DNA from: a virus
Lineage: Duplodnaviria; Heunggongvirae; Uroviricota; Caudoviricetes
Virus record (IMG/VR): IMGVR_UViG_2711768054_000001
Strand: one strand, 5' to 3'
Length of the DNA stretch: 28,743 nucleotides
Below are positions 16,438 to 25,256 of the stretch, one piece after another. The notes under the pieces are model-generated. The model did no database searches. It had not been told where the DNA came from and saw only the letters and a list, made by a program, of their open reading frames with translations. Position 1 is the stretch's first letter; each line of letters starts with the position of its first letter. The translations under genes and the position numbers were made by a program.

Positions 16438-17472
16438 TTAGTCTAGGGATAGTTGATATTCTTTGAATGTAATAATATTATTTTTTAGCCATAAATTTAA
16501 TTCTTCGAAACGTTTTTGCAAAGGTATTAATTCATTACGAACAAATACCCGACTTGCCTTCTCCACATCCCCAAACCCCCCGACATTATTAGGCATAATC
16601 CCCATCATTTGCGGCGGCACTCGGTGTGCTGCCATCATGTCATCGCGGCTCACGTTCTTGATATTCAGAAACTCATCCTTCGCTGCGACTTCTGACAACG
16701 GGATAATCTGAAGTCCGTCTTTTTTACCATTAGGCGAGTACATAAACAGATTGCGGAAGTTGCCAGGGCCTTTGGCGCTTTTCATCGCATTGCGGAGGTT
16801 GTTCACATCCTCCTGGTTCTGCGCGGCATCGGTCATGTACATGATGAAGCCTGCATGACTGCCGTTAATGTAATACTTGCGGCGGAACAGCGTGGCGGAC
16901 TCGTTGAGCAGGGCGGACGGAATGGCAGAAAGATAACCGGGCAGGCCGTAGATCTCCTGGTTGATGTCCGGCTCCATCAGATGAAAAATGCTGCCTTTCG
17001 TGAACTGATACGGCTGGGTTGTCATACCGTATTGCACAAACCAGTAGGTATCCAGGTCTAACCCGCGTCGGGTGTATTTTGCCAGGGCAGGTTCAAGGGC
17101 GATAACTTCACCGAAGCGGTTCGTGCGTTTCTCCAGGTAGGCGTTACCAAATACCAGATAGTCCTGCACAAAACGCGAAAAAGCCTGCTGGCTGAGCAGC
17201 GGGTGAGGGATGTAGGTGCTGGTCAGAATGTTGCACTTTACTGCAATCGGGGAACTATGATGCACGGCAGCGCGGAAGGTGCGCGCCAGTCCGTCAAAGC
17301 TGACGGGCGGCTCATACCAGCGGTCCATCTGTACGCATTCCACATAATCCAGCAGTTCTCGGCGGTCCAGAACAGGAACGGGATCGCCGAAGCTGAATGC
17401 TTCGGCTGAAGTCTGGCTTTTATGCTGAATCTGGTTCGTCGATGCAGCGCGGTTCTTCTTACTCTTTCCCAT
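16438..17472 (-). CDS. Q: Portal protein (P2 gpQ-like)
   Basis: 344 aa, the size of P2 gpQ; lies downstream of terminase P on the same strand with start and stop overlapping (TGATG). I place the ATG at 17472; the ORF-track start at 17475 is TTG. Confidence 0.9.
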   Translation of the reverse strand: MGKSKKNRAASTNQIQHKSQTSAEAFSFGDPVPVLDRRELLDYVECVQMDRWYEPPVSFDGLARTFRAAVHHSSPIAVKCNILTSTYIPHPLLSQQAFSRFVQDYLVFGNAYLEKRTNRFGEVIALEPALAKYTRRGLDLDTYWFVQYGMTTQPYQFTKGSIFHLMEPDINQEIYGLPGYLSAIPSALLNESATLFRRKYYINGSHAGFIMYMTDAAQNQEDVNNLRNAMKSAKGPGNFRNLFMYSPNGKKDGLQIIPLSEVAAKDEFLNIKNVSRDDMMAAHRVPPQMMGIMPNNVGGFGDVEKASRVFVRNELIPLQKRFEELNLWLKNNIITFKEYQLSLD

Positions 17473-19238
17473 CAAAAAATCTCCACAATATTGCTGGTAT
17501 TGGCGGACTCGCCCTGCAGCGGTTCGTTAAACAGTGCGTGCATTGTTGCCCAGGCCAGATCGGCATGGCTGGCTTCTTCGCTGCGGCTGGCTTCATAGGT
17601 CGGGCGGTTGCCGCTGGCGGTGGTGGCGCGACGGATTGCCATAAATGACTGCGCTATGTCGGTGTGTCCGGCGTCAAACTCCAGACGACGGTGACTGATA
17701 ATGTCGTAGGCTTTGAGTACCAGGGCATTTTTAACGTTGGGGTTGTAGACAAACTCCCGGACGGCAGGAAAGAACGCTTTCACGTTCTCGTAAACCCCGT
17801 GACCGACACCTGTCGAGTCGATGCCGATGTATGTCACGTTGTACTGTTCGGTCAGTTTTTTGATGGCGTCAGCCTGGGCGCGGAAGTCCATCCCGCGCCA
17901 CTGGTGACGCTCAAGAATGCGGAACTTACCGCCCGGCACGGCTGGCGGTGCCACCACCACGCACCCGGCGCTGTCGCCGTTTTGCGTACCTTTTGCCGGG
18001 TCATAACCGATCCACACTTCGCGCCAGCCAAACGGGCGCAGGGCCAGTGCATGAAAGTCGGTCCAGACTTCCCAACTGTCCACCATGCACGCCTGCAGCT
18101 CGCTGAGCGGGAACACGGACGCGAGATCGTCCACGAACTCACACATCAGCAGGTTCTGGTATTCGTCCGGGCTGTACTCCATGCGCAACTGATCGAGGTC
18201 GAACAGGTTACAGCCGCCGCGCACCGCATCTTCCACGGTGACTATCTGGCGGTATTGCCCGTCTGCGCACAGCAGGCCGGGGGCCAGATTGCTGTGGGAC
18301 AGGTCGATGTCCACCTTGTCAGCTTTGTTGCGCCCACGGTTGAACAGCGCACCGGACCAGAACGGATAAGCACTGTGGGTCAGACTGGATGGTGTGGAAA
18401 AATAGGTCTGCCGCCATTTCTTGTGAATAGCCATACCGGAAGCCACTTTGCGTAGCTCCTGAAATTTCGGTATCCAGAAATATTCATCCAGATACAGGTT
18501 GCCGTGATAACTCTGGGCCGTGCGGGCATTGGTGCCGAGGAAGTAAAGCGTGGCCCCGTTAGGAAGCACCATCGGATCGCCTTTCAGCTCCACCTCCACT
18601 TCTTTGGAGAAGTCGATGATGTACTGCTTAAAGACGTGGGCCTGTGCCTTACTGGCGGAAAGGAAAATCTGGTTACGCCCGGTAAGCAGGGCGTCAATCA
18701 GGGCTTCACGGGCAAAGTAAAAGGTCGCGCCGATCTGGCGTGACTTCAGCAGGTTGCGGATGCGGTTGGTTTTTCCGGCTTCCCACCAGTGGCGCTGGTA
18801 GTTGAACATGGAGGAATGGAAGATTTCTTCCAGCTTCTCAATCTGCTCATCGGTGAAAACATTCTTTTCCGGCTGACGGCGTGGGCCTTTATTGCGGTTG
18901 GCGACGTTAGGGTTTAAGTCGGCTTCGTTGCCGCCATTGTTAAACTTGCCGATCCGCGCGTGGCGCTCCGACTGGCGCGCCAGCAGGTCAATCTCTTTGA
19001 AATCTTTCCCTTCTTTGTGCTCCTTCATGATGAGCTGGCAGTAGCGTGCGGCGGTGGTGAGCTGCATCTGATCCAGCGGCCCATAGTCACCCCACTTGTC
19101 GCGTTTTTTCCAGCTGTGAACGGTTGCAACTTTCTCGCCCAGCATTTCAGCAATGCGGGCTACGCGGTATCCCTGAAAGTACAGCAGCATGGCCTGCCGA
19201 CGGGGATCGAGATCTGCGGGTGTCAGTGTGGTGTTCAT
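17472..19238 (-). CDS. P: Terminase large (ATPase) subunit (P2 gpP-like)
   Basis: 588 aa; Walker-A-like RQIGATFYFAREA; divergently transcribed from the capsid operon as in P2. Confidence 0.9.
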   Translation of the reverse strand: MNTTLTPADLDPRRQAMLLYFQGYRVARIAEMLGEKVATVHSWKKRDKWGDYGPLDQMQLTTAARYCQLIMKEHKEGKDFKEIDLLARQSERHARIGKFNNGGNEADLNPNVANRNKGPRRQPEKNVFTDEQIEKLEEIFHSSMFNYQRHWWEAGKTNRIRNLLKSRQIGATFYFAREALIDALLTGRNQIFLSASKAQAHVFKQYIIDFSKEVEVELKGDPMVLPNGATLYFLGTNARTAQSYHGNLYLDEYFWIPKFQELRKVASGMAIHKKWRQTYFSTPSSLTHSAYPFWSGALFNRGRNKADKVDIDLSHSNLAPGLLCADGQYRQIVTVEDAVRGGCNLFDLDQLRMEYSPDEYQNLLMCEFVDDLASVFPLSELQACMVDSWEVWTDFHALALRPFGWREVWIGYDPAKGTQNGDSAGCVVVAPPAVPGGKFRILERHQWRGMDFRAQADAIKKLTEQYNVTYIGIDSTGVGHGVYENVKAFFPAVREFVYNPNVKNALVLKAYDIISHRRLEFDAGHTDIAQSFMAIRRATTASGNRPTYEASRSEEASHADLAWATMHALFNEPLQGESANTSNIVEIF

Positions 19239-19284
19239 GGCACAAACCTACAACCTTGAATGAAGGCTTTCCCCGCCTGTGGTT

Positions 19285-19302
19285 TGTGTGGTTGTCGGTA
19301 CA
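19285..19302. promoter_or_regulatory. TGT-N12-ACA dyad, candidate Ogr/Delta-type late-activator site in the P/O divergent promoter region
   Basis: tgtgtggttgtcggtaca = TGT + 12 nt + ACA in the 142-bp intergenic region between P (-) and O (+). Confidence 0.4.
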
Positions 19303-19380
19303 AATACCGCGCATTGTTTCACTGCCCCCATCACCGCAACCATAAGGCTCCAGTAAGTTTTTTATAACGGAGCACGGCTC

Positions 19381-20214
19381 ATGACAGTGAAAGCAAAGCG
19401 TTTTCGCATCGGGGTGGAAGGTGCCACCACCGACGGACGCGAAATCCAGCGTGAATGGCTGGAACAGATGGCAGCCAGCTACAACCCGACGGTGTACACC
19501 GCGCTGATTAACCTTGAGCACATCAAGTCTTATCTGCCGGACAGCACCTTTAACCGCTACGGCAAGGTGACGGCGCTGTTTGCTGAAGAAATCACGGAAG
19601 GTCCGCTGGCAGGCAAGATGGCGCTGTATGCCGACGTTGAGCCAACGGAGTCCCTGGTGGAACTGGTGAAAAAAGGCCAGAAATTATTCACCTCTATGGA
19701 AGTCAGCCCGAAGTTCGCTGATACGGGCAAAGCCTACCTGGTCGGCCTGGCTGCCACTGATGACCCTGCCAGTCTGGGCACTGAAATGCTGACATTCAGC
19801 GCCAGTGCAGCCCATAACCCACTGGCAAACCGCAAGCAGAATCCTGCCAATCTCTTTACCGCTGCAGAGGAAACGGTGATCGAACTGGAAGAAATCCAGG
19901 ACGACAAACCGTCCCTGTTTGCCCGCGTCACGGCGCTGTTTACCAAAAAAGAGCAGTCCGATGACGCCCGGTTCTCTGATGTGCATAAGGCCGTGGAGCT
20001 GGTCGCCACTGAGCAGCAGAACCTGAGCGCACGCACCGAAAAATCCCTGTCTGAGCAGGAAGAACGCCTGTCTGAGCTGGAGACTGCCCTGCAGGCACAG
20101 CAAACCGCCTTTAACGAACTGGTGGACAAGCTGAGTCATGAAGACAGCCGCCAGGACTACCGCCAGCGTGCAACAGGCGGTAACGCCCCCGTTGACACTC
20201 TGACCAATTGCTGA
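19381..20214 (+). CDS. O: Capsid scaffolding protein (P2 gpO-like)
   Basis: FRIGVEGATTDGREIQ..., YLVGLAATDDPASLGTE, SDDARFSDVHKAV and the C-terminal ...TNC all resemble P2 gpO. Confidence 0.9.
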   Translation: MTVKAKRFRIGVEGATTDGREIQREWLEQMAASYNPTVYTALINLEHIKSYLPDSTFNRYGKVTALFAEEITEGPLAGKMALYADVEPTESLVELVKKGQKLFTSMEVSPKFADTGKAYLVGLAATDDPASLGTEMLTFSASAAHNPLANRKQNPANLFTAAEETVIELEEIQDDKPSLFARVTALFTKKEQSDDARFSDVHKAVELVATEQQNLSARTEKSLSEQEERLSELETALQAQQTAFNELVDKLSHEDSRQDYRQRATGGNAPVDTLTNC

Positions 20215-20230
20215 TGGAGCACAAAACCCG

Positions 20231-21289
20231 ATGAAGAAGAATACCCGCTTTGCTTTTAACGCTTACCTGCAGCAGCTGGCGCGTCTGAACGGTGTGGCAG
20301 TTGAAGAACTGTCCAGCAAGTTCACCGTGGAGCCGTCTGTGCAGCAGACGCTGGAAGACCAGATCCAGCAGTCCGCCGCTTTCCTGACGCTGATTAACGT
20401 CACGCCAGTGACTGAGCAGTCCGGTCAGCTGCTGGGGTTGGGTGTTGGCAGCACCATTGCCGGAACCACTGACACCACCGCGAAAGAGCGTGAACCTGTC
20501 GATCCTACGCTGATGGTCGATGTGGAATACAAATGCGAGCAGACCAACTTTGACACGGTGCTGACCTACGCGAAGCTGGACCTGTGGGCGAAGTTTCAGG
20601 ATTTCCAGGTGCGTATCCGTGACGCCATCGTGAAACGTCAGGCACTGGACCGCATCATGATCGGCTTTAACGGCGTGAAGCGTGCGAAAACCTCCAACCG
20701 TAGTGAAAACCCGCTACTGCAGGATGTGAACAAAGGCTGGCTGCAGAAAATCCGTGAAGATGCACCGGATCACGTCATGGGCAGCACCACCACGGGCGGT
20801 GAAACCACACCGGGCGCGGTGAAAGTCGGGAAAGGTGGCGAATATGCCAACCTGGACGCCGTGGTGATGGATGCCGTTAATGAGCTTATCGACGTGGTCT
20901 ACCAGGACGATGACGATCTGGTGGTGATTTGCGGGCGTGAACTGCTGTCTGACAAGTATTTCCCGCTGGTCAACAAAGAGCAGGAAAACAGTGAAAAACT
21001 GGCTGCCGATATGATCATCAGTCAGAAACGCATGGGTGGCCTGCAGGCGGTGCGTGCGCCGTTCTTCCCGCCGAATGCGCTGCTGATCACCCGTCTGGAT
21101 AACCTGTCCATCTACTGGCAGGAAGATACCCGCCGCCGTTCAGTTATCGACAACCCGAAACGTGACCGGATTGAAAACTTTGAATCCGTTAATGAAGCCT
21201 ATGTGGTTGAGGACTACCGCTGCGCCGCACTGGTGGAAAACATCCAGATTGGTGATTTCAGCGCCGCCGCAGCCGAAACCGGAGCGTAA
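20231..21289 (+). CDS. N: Major capsid protein (P2 gpN-like)
   Basis: 352 aa, immediately after the scaffold gene; size and position match P2 gpN. Confidence 0.9.
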   Translation: MKKNTRFAFNAYLQQLARLNGVAVEELSSKFTVEPSVQQTLEDQIQQSAAFLTLINVTPVTEQSGQLLGLGVGSTIAGTTDTTAKEREPVDPTLMVDVEYKCEQTNFDTVLTYAKLDLWAKFQDFQVRIRDAIVKRQALDRIMIGFNGVKRAKTSNRSENPLLQDVNKGWLQKIREDAPDHVMGSTTTGGETTPGAVKVGKGGEYANLDAVVMDAVNELIDVVYQDDDDLVVICGRELLSDKYFPLVNKEQENSEKLAADMIISQKRMGGLQAVRAPFFPPNALLITRLDNLSIYWQEDTRRRSVIDNPKRDRIENFESVNEAYVVEDYRCAALVENIQIGDFSAAAAETGA

Positions 21290-21292
21290 TCC

Positions 21293-21943
21293 ATGAGCCT
21301 GAGTCCCGCACGGCAGCATCGCCTGCGCGTTCAGGCTGAACAGGCCGCCCGCGAGGGTGGCAGTGTTCGTCACGCGTCGGGCTATGACCTGATGCTGCTG
21401 CAACTGGCGGAAGACCGTCGCCGTCTCAAGGGCGTTCAGTCCACGGTAAAAAAAGCGGAAATCAAGGTGGAGCTGCTGCCGAAATATGCTGCCTGGGCGG
21501 AGGGCGTTCTGGCTGCCGGAGGCGCTCAACAGGATGACGTGCTGATGTACGTGATGCTGTGGCGCATTGATGCCGGAGATTATGCCGGGGCGCTAGAGAT
21601 CGGGCGTCATGCCCTGCGTCATGGCTGGGTGATGCCGCTGGGTAACCGCAACGTGCAGACCGTGCTGGCAGAGGAAATGGCAGACGCGGCGCAGAGCGCA
21701 ATGCTTGCCGCCACCGGCTTTGATGCCGATCTGTTGCTGCAGACGCTGGAGCTGACAGACGGTCTGGATATGCCGGACCAGTCACGGGCGCGTCTGCATA
21801 AAGCGATTGGCGCTGTCCTGTGTGAAAGCAACCCGGCTTCCGCCCTTAATCATCTCAACCATGCGTTACAGCTCGATCCCCGCTGTGGCGTGAAAAAAGA
21901 CAAACAGCAGCTGGAGCGCAGACTGCGCAATGACAGCCGCTGA
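21293..21943 (+). CDS. M: Terminase small/endonuclease subunit (P2 gpM-like)
   Basis: Resembles P2 gpM (RHASGYDLMLLQLAEDRRRLKGV..., GAQQDDVLMYVMLWRIDAGDYAGALEI..., TLELTDGLDMPDQSRARLHK). Confidence 0.85.
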   Translation: MSLSPARQHRLRVQAEQAAREGGSVRHASGYDLMLLQLAEDRRRLKGVQSTVKKAEIKVELLPKYAAWAEGVLAAGGAQQDDVLMYVMLWRIDAGDYAGALEIGRHALRHGWVMPLGNRNVQTVLAEEMADAAQSAMLAATGFDADLLLQTLELTDGLDMPDQSRARLHKAIGAVLCESNPASALNHLNHALQLDPRCGVKKDKQQLERRLRNDSR

Positions 21944-22038
21944 CAGAACGTGCCCCCGCGCACGGGCGGCACGGGGTGGCGAAAGGCACTGCCACATCAA
22001 CACCCCGTCCACCGCCCTCTATTTCAGGAGAAAGCAGC

Positions 22039-22503
22039 ATGAAGTTTGTTGCGCCAGAACAGGCACCGGAACAGGCGGAAATCATCAGAAACACGCCGTT
22101 CTGGCCTGATGTGGACCTGTCGGAGTTTCGCAGTGTCATGCGCACTGACGGCACGGTGACGCAGCCGCGTTTAAAGCAGGTTGCGCTGTCGGCAATTTCG
22201 GAGGTCAACGCAGAGCTGTATGAGTTTCGCAGACGCCAGCAGATGCTGGGATATGCCTCGCTGGCAGAGGTTCCGGCGGAGCAGCTGGACGGCAAAAGTG
22301 AGCGCATTCAGCACTATTTCAACGCGGTTTACTGCTGGGCACGCGCCATGCTCAACGAACGATACCAGGACTATGACGCCACGGCATCCGGTGTGAAGCG
22401 AGGCGAAGAACTGGCAGAAGCCAGCGGTGATTTGTGGCGTGACGCCCGCTGGGCCATCAGCCGGGTGCAGGATGCGCCGCACTGCACAGTGGAGCTTATC
22501 TGA
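22039..22503 (+). CDS. L: Head completion/stabilisation protein (P2 gpL-like)
   Basis: 154 aa from the ATG at 22039 with RBS AGGAG; position after M; ATGA overlap with the next gene. Confidence 0.8.
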   Translation: MKFVAPEQAPEQAEIIRNTPFWPDVDLSEFRSVMRTDGTVTQPRLKQVALSAISEVNAELYEFRRRQQMLGYASLAEVPAEQLDGKSERIQHYFNAVYCWARAMLNERYQDYDATASGVKRGEELAEASGDLWRDARWAISRVQDAPHCTVELI

Positions 22504-22706
22504 TGAAAGTGCGTGCGCATCAGTATGACACGGTGGACGCGCTTTGCTGGCGTCATTACGGGCGCACGCAGGGTGTCACGGAGCAGGTACTGAAGGCAAA
22601 TCCGGGGCTTGCCGAATACGGCCCCTTTTTACCTCACGGGCTGCAGGTGGAGCTGCCGGACATTCCGACCACCACCACCGTGCAGACCGTCCAGCTATGG
22701 GACTGA
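22503..22706 (+). CDS. X: Tail protein X (P2 gpX-like)
   Basis: 67 aa, the same size as P2 gpX, at the conserved position. Confidence 0.8.
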   Translation: MKVRAHQYDTVDALCWRHYGRTQGVTEQVLKANPGLAEYGPFLPHGLQVELPDIPTTTTVQTVQLWD

Positions 22707-22709
22707 ATT

Positions 22710-22925
22710 ATGACGCTTGAGCGAATCAGCGCCTTTATCACGTATTGCATCGCCGTCGTGCTGGCCTGGCTGGGTGATTTGTCCATCAAGGATGCCTCAA
22801 CGCTGGGCGGCCTGATGATTGGTGTGCTGATGCTGGCTATCAACTGGTACTACAAACACAAAGCCTACCAGCTTCTGCGCGACGGGCAGATCTCGCGGGA
22901 GGACTATGAATCCATCAATCGTTAA
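22710..22925 (+). CDS. Putative holin
   Basis: 71 aa with two hydrophobic helices (ISAFITYCIAVVLAWLG, LGGLMIGVLMLAINWYY) and a charged C-terminus; immediately upstream of the endolysin. Confidence 0.65.
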   Translation: MTLERISAFITYCIAVVLAWLGDLSIKDASTLGGLMIGVLMLAINWYYKHKAYQLLRDGQISREDYESINR

Positions 22926-23418
22926 ACGCTGCCTTGTCGGGACCGTGCTGGCTATTACTGCCACGCTGCCGGGTTTTCAGCAGCTTCACACCTCCGTGGA
23001 GGGGCTGAAACTGATTGCTGATTACGAAGGCTGTCGTCTGCAGCCGTATCAGTGCAGCGCGGGTGTCTGGACCGACGGCATTGGTAATACGTCGGGCGTC
23101 ATTCCTGGCAAAATTATTACGGAACGACAGGCAGCTGAAGGGCTGATCTCCAACGTGCTACGAGTGGAGCGGGCGCTGGAAAGGTGTGTGAAGCAACAGC
23201 CGCCGCAGAAGGTGTATGACGCTACGGTGTCGTTTGCCTTCAACGTGGGGACGGGCAATGCCTGTAGTTCCACGCTGGTGAAATTGCTCAATCAGCGGCG
23301 CTGGGCGGATGCATGCCGACAGTTGCCGCGCTGGGTTTATGTGAAAGGTGTTTTTAATCAGGGGCTGGATAACCGCCGTGCGCGGGAGATGGCCTGGTGT
23401 TTACAGGGAGCAAACTGA
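22906..23418 (+). CDS. Endolysin, T4/lambda-R-type lysozyme (GH24), possibly signal-anchor-release type
   Basis: Catalytic E-x8-D-x5-T arrangement in ADYEGCRLQPYQCSAGVWTDGIGNT; hydrophobic N-terminus LVGTVLAITATLPGF; RBS GGGAGGA. Confidence 0.85.
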   Translation: MNPSIVKRCLVGTVLAITATLPGFQQLHTSVEGLKLIADYEGCRLQPYQCSAGVWTDGIGNTSGVIPGKIITERQAAEGLISNVLRVERALERCVKQQPPQKVYDATVSFAFNVGTGNACSSTLVKLLNQRRWADACRQLPRWVYVKGVFNQGLDNRRAREMAWCLQGAN

Positions 23419-23419
23419 A

Positions 23420-23797
23420 ATGAAAAAGAAATTAATCAGCGGATTGTTTCTGATGTTATGGATGGCGCTGTTAATCGCAGCAATGGTGTATCCGCAGGGG
23501 ATTTTTCCGGTACTGGCAGCGTCCGGCGTTTGGGTAGCCTGTTTGCTGACATGGGCGGTAATTCCGGTAGCACTGGCTGCGTTAATTAAGAATGGCCCGC
23601 TCTGGCAGGAGTTAAGGGCATCTTTGCTGAAGACAATTACCCGAAAAGAAAACGTATTTACCAGTTGGGTGATGCGATTGCTGATTGTTGTAAGTCTCGC
23701 CTGGACGGGGTGGGCTATTACCCTGGTCTTTTATCTACTGACCGTTATTGCCTTCTGGATCACCCGTAATCAGATGGCGCAACAGGTAGCAGCATGA
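23420..23797 (+). CDS. LysA-like lysis-accessory membrane protein
   Basis: 125 aa with about four TM helices; RBS AGGGAG; position after the endolysin as in the P2 lysis cassette. Confidence 0.6.
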   Translation: MKKKLISGLFLMLWMALLIAAMVYPQGIFPVLAASGVWVACLLTWAVIPVALAALIKNGPLWQELRASLLKTITRKENVFTSWVMRLLIVVSLAWTGWAITLVFYLLTVIAFWITRNQMAQQVAA

Positions 23798-24222
23798 ACC
23801 GGTTGCTGCTGGTTGTGCTGACGTTATTACTGGCGGCGCTGGGCTGGCAGACGTGGCGGCTGGCTGATGCCAGCCAGACCATCAGCACGCAGGCAGACGA
23901 GCTGCAGAGCAAAAGCCAGGCACTGGCAAAGAGCAACAGCCAGCTTATCAGCCTGTCCATTCTGACTGAAACCAATAACCGGGAGCAGGCGCGGCTCTAT
24001 GCCGAAGCAGAACAGACCAGCACGCTGCTGAGACAACGACAACACCGGATCGAGGAACTGAAACGTGAGAACGAGGATTTACGCCGCTGGGCTGATACTC
24101 CTTTGCCTGCTGACATTATCCGGCTGCGGAAACGTCCGGCACTCACCGGAGGTATGGCTTACCGTCAGTGGTTGTCCGCGAGTGACGCCGTGTCGGCTGG
24201 AGCAGGCAACGCCGCGCACTAA
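23794..24222 (+). CDS. LysB / Rz-like inner-membrane spanin
   Basis: N-terminal TM (LLLVVLTLLLAALGW) followed by a coiled-coil periplasmic domain; ATGA overlap with the upstream gene. Confidence 0.7.
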   Translation: MNRLLLVVLTLLLAALGWQTWRLADASQTISTQADELQSKSQALAKSNSQLISLSILTETNNREQARLYAEAEQTSTLLRQRQHRIEELKRENEDLRRWADTPLPADIIRLRKRPALTGGMAYRQWLSASDAVSAGAGNAAH

Positions 24223-24355
24223 CGGTGATCTGAACGCGTTGCTGGATGAAACGGAGGCCGCCTGGGCGGTCTGTGCAGACAAAGTGGACATGATTATTGC
24301 GTGTCAGGAGCGAAACAGTGAACAAACCACAATCCCTGCGCCACGCCCTCAATAA
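24065..24355 (+). CDS. LysC / Rz1-like outer-membrane lipoprotein spanin, overlapping LysB in another frame
   Basis: Signal peptide with lipobox LLTLSGC; starts inside lysB in a different frame (GTG at 24065) and extends past it, as in P2 lysB/lysC. Confidence 0.6.
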   Translation: MRTRIYAAGLILLCLLTLSGCGNVRHSPEVWLTVSGCPRVTPCRLEQATPRTNGDLNALLDETEAAWAVCADKVDMIIACQERNSEQTTIPAPRPQ

Positions 24356-24749
24356 AGCGGTGCCTTATGTCCGCAATAACCCGGACAAACTGCATCTGTT
24401 TGTGGATAACGGTTCGCTGGTTGCCACGGGGGCCAGCTCCATGTCGTGGGAGTACCGTTACACACTGAACGCGGTGATTGAGGATTTCAGCGGCGACCAG
24501 AATCTGCTGATGGCCCCGGTTTTGCTATGGCTGAGGGATAACCAGCCCGATGCCATCAATAACCCGGCGTTACGGGAAAAGCTATTCACCTTTGAGGTGG
24601 ATATTCTGCGCAACGATGTCTGTGATATCAGCCTGAACCTGCAACTGACGGAACGTGTGCTGGTCAGCACTGACGGCAGTGTGTCGAGCGTTGAAGCTAT
24701 AGCGGAACCTGATGCTCCTGAAGAAATGTGGACGGTGAAACGTGGCTGA
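24318..24749 (+). CDS. R: Tail completion protein (P2 gpR-like)
   Basis: Resembles P2 gpR (LFVDNGSLVATGAS...YRYTLNAVIEDFSGDQNLLMAPVLLWLRDNQPD...LQLTERVLVS). I place the start at GTG 24318 with RBS AGGAG 8 nt upstream; the ORF-track start at 24297 is TTG. Confidence 0.8.
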   Translation: MNKPQSLRHALNKAVPYVRNNPDKLHLFVDNGSLVATGASSMSWEYRYTLNAVIEDFSGDQNLLMAPVLLWLRDNQPDAINNPALREKLFTFEVDILRNDVCDISLNLQLTERVLVSTDGSVSSVEAIAEPDAPEEMWTVKRG

Positions 24750-25188
24750 ACTGCAGAAGGTGGACGACTGGCTGAGTGCCTTGCTGGCGAATCTGGAACC
24801 AGCCACGAGAAGCCGCATGATGCGCCAGCTGGCGCAGGAACTGCGCCGGACACAGCAGCAGAATATCAGGATGCAGCGCAATCCAGATGGCAGCAGTTAT
24901 GAACCGCGCAGGGTAACAGCACGCAGCAAAAAAGGCCGCATCAAACGTCAGATGTTTGCAAAGTTGCGCACCACAAAATACCTGAAAACTGCCGCCAGCG
25001 CCGACTCTGCCAGCGTACAGTTTGAAGGCAAGGTGCAGCGTATTGCCCGTGTTCACCATTACGGCCTGCGTGATCGCGTCAGTCGCAAAGGACCGGAGGT
25101 CCGTTACGCAGAGCGCCGCCTGCTGGGTGTAAATGATGATGTTGAGGCAATGACCCGCGACATGATTCTGCAATGGCTGGCGGGGTGA
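24742..25188 (+). CDS. S: Tail completion protein (P2 gpS-like)
   Basis: 148 aa; GTG start overlapping the R stop; position and size match P2 gpS. Confidence 0.8.
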   Translation: MAELQKVDDWLSALLANLEPATRSRMMRQLAQELRRTQQQNIRMQRNPDGSSYEPRRVTARSKKGRIKRQMFAKLRTTKYLKTAASADSASVQFEGKVQRIARVHHYGLRDRVSRKGPEVRYAERRLLGVNDDVEAMTRDMILQWLAG

Positions 25189-25192
25189 TCTT

Positions 25193-25210
25193 TGTATCAG
25201 CACTGATACA
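25193..25210. promoter_or_regulatory. TGT-N12-ACA dyad, candidate late-activator site upstream of the V-W-J-I-H operon
   Basis: tgtatcagcactgataca = TGT + 12 nt + ACA with perfect 8-bp arms (tgtatcag / ctgataca), in the 68-bp gap between S and V. Confidence 0.45.
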
Positions 25211-25256
25211 AGTTGCAGCACTGCCGCCTTTCTTCCCCTGATGGCAACCTTTCCCT

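Noticed and set aside
17664-18455. 263-aa plus-strand ORF inside the terminase large-subunit gene
   Set aside because: Antisense shadow ORF in GC-rich coding DNA; translation is low-complexity.
19684-20139. Minus-strand ORFs (151 and 131 aa) inside the scaffold gene O
   Set aside because: Antisense to a recognisable P2 gpO homologue; Cys/Ser/Arg-rich translations typical of spurious frames.
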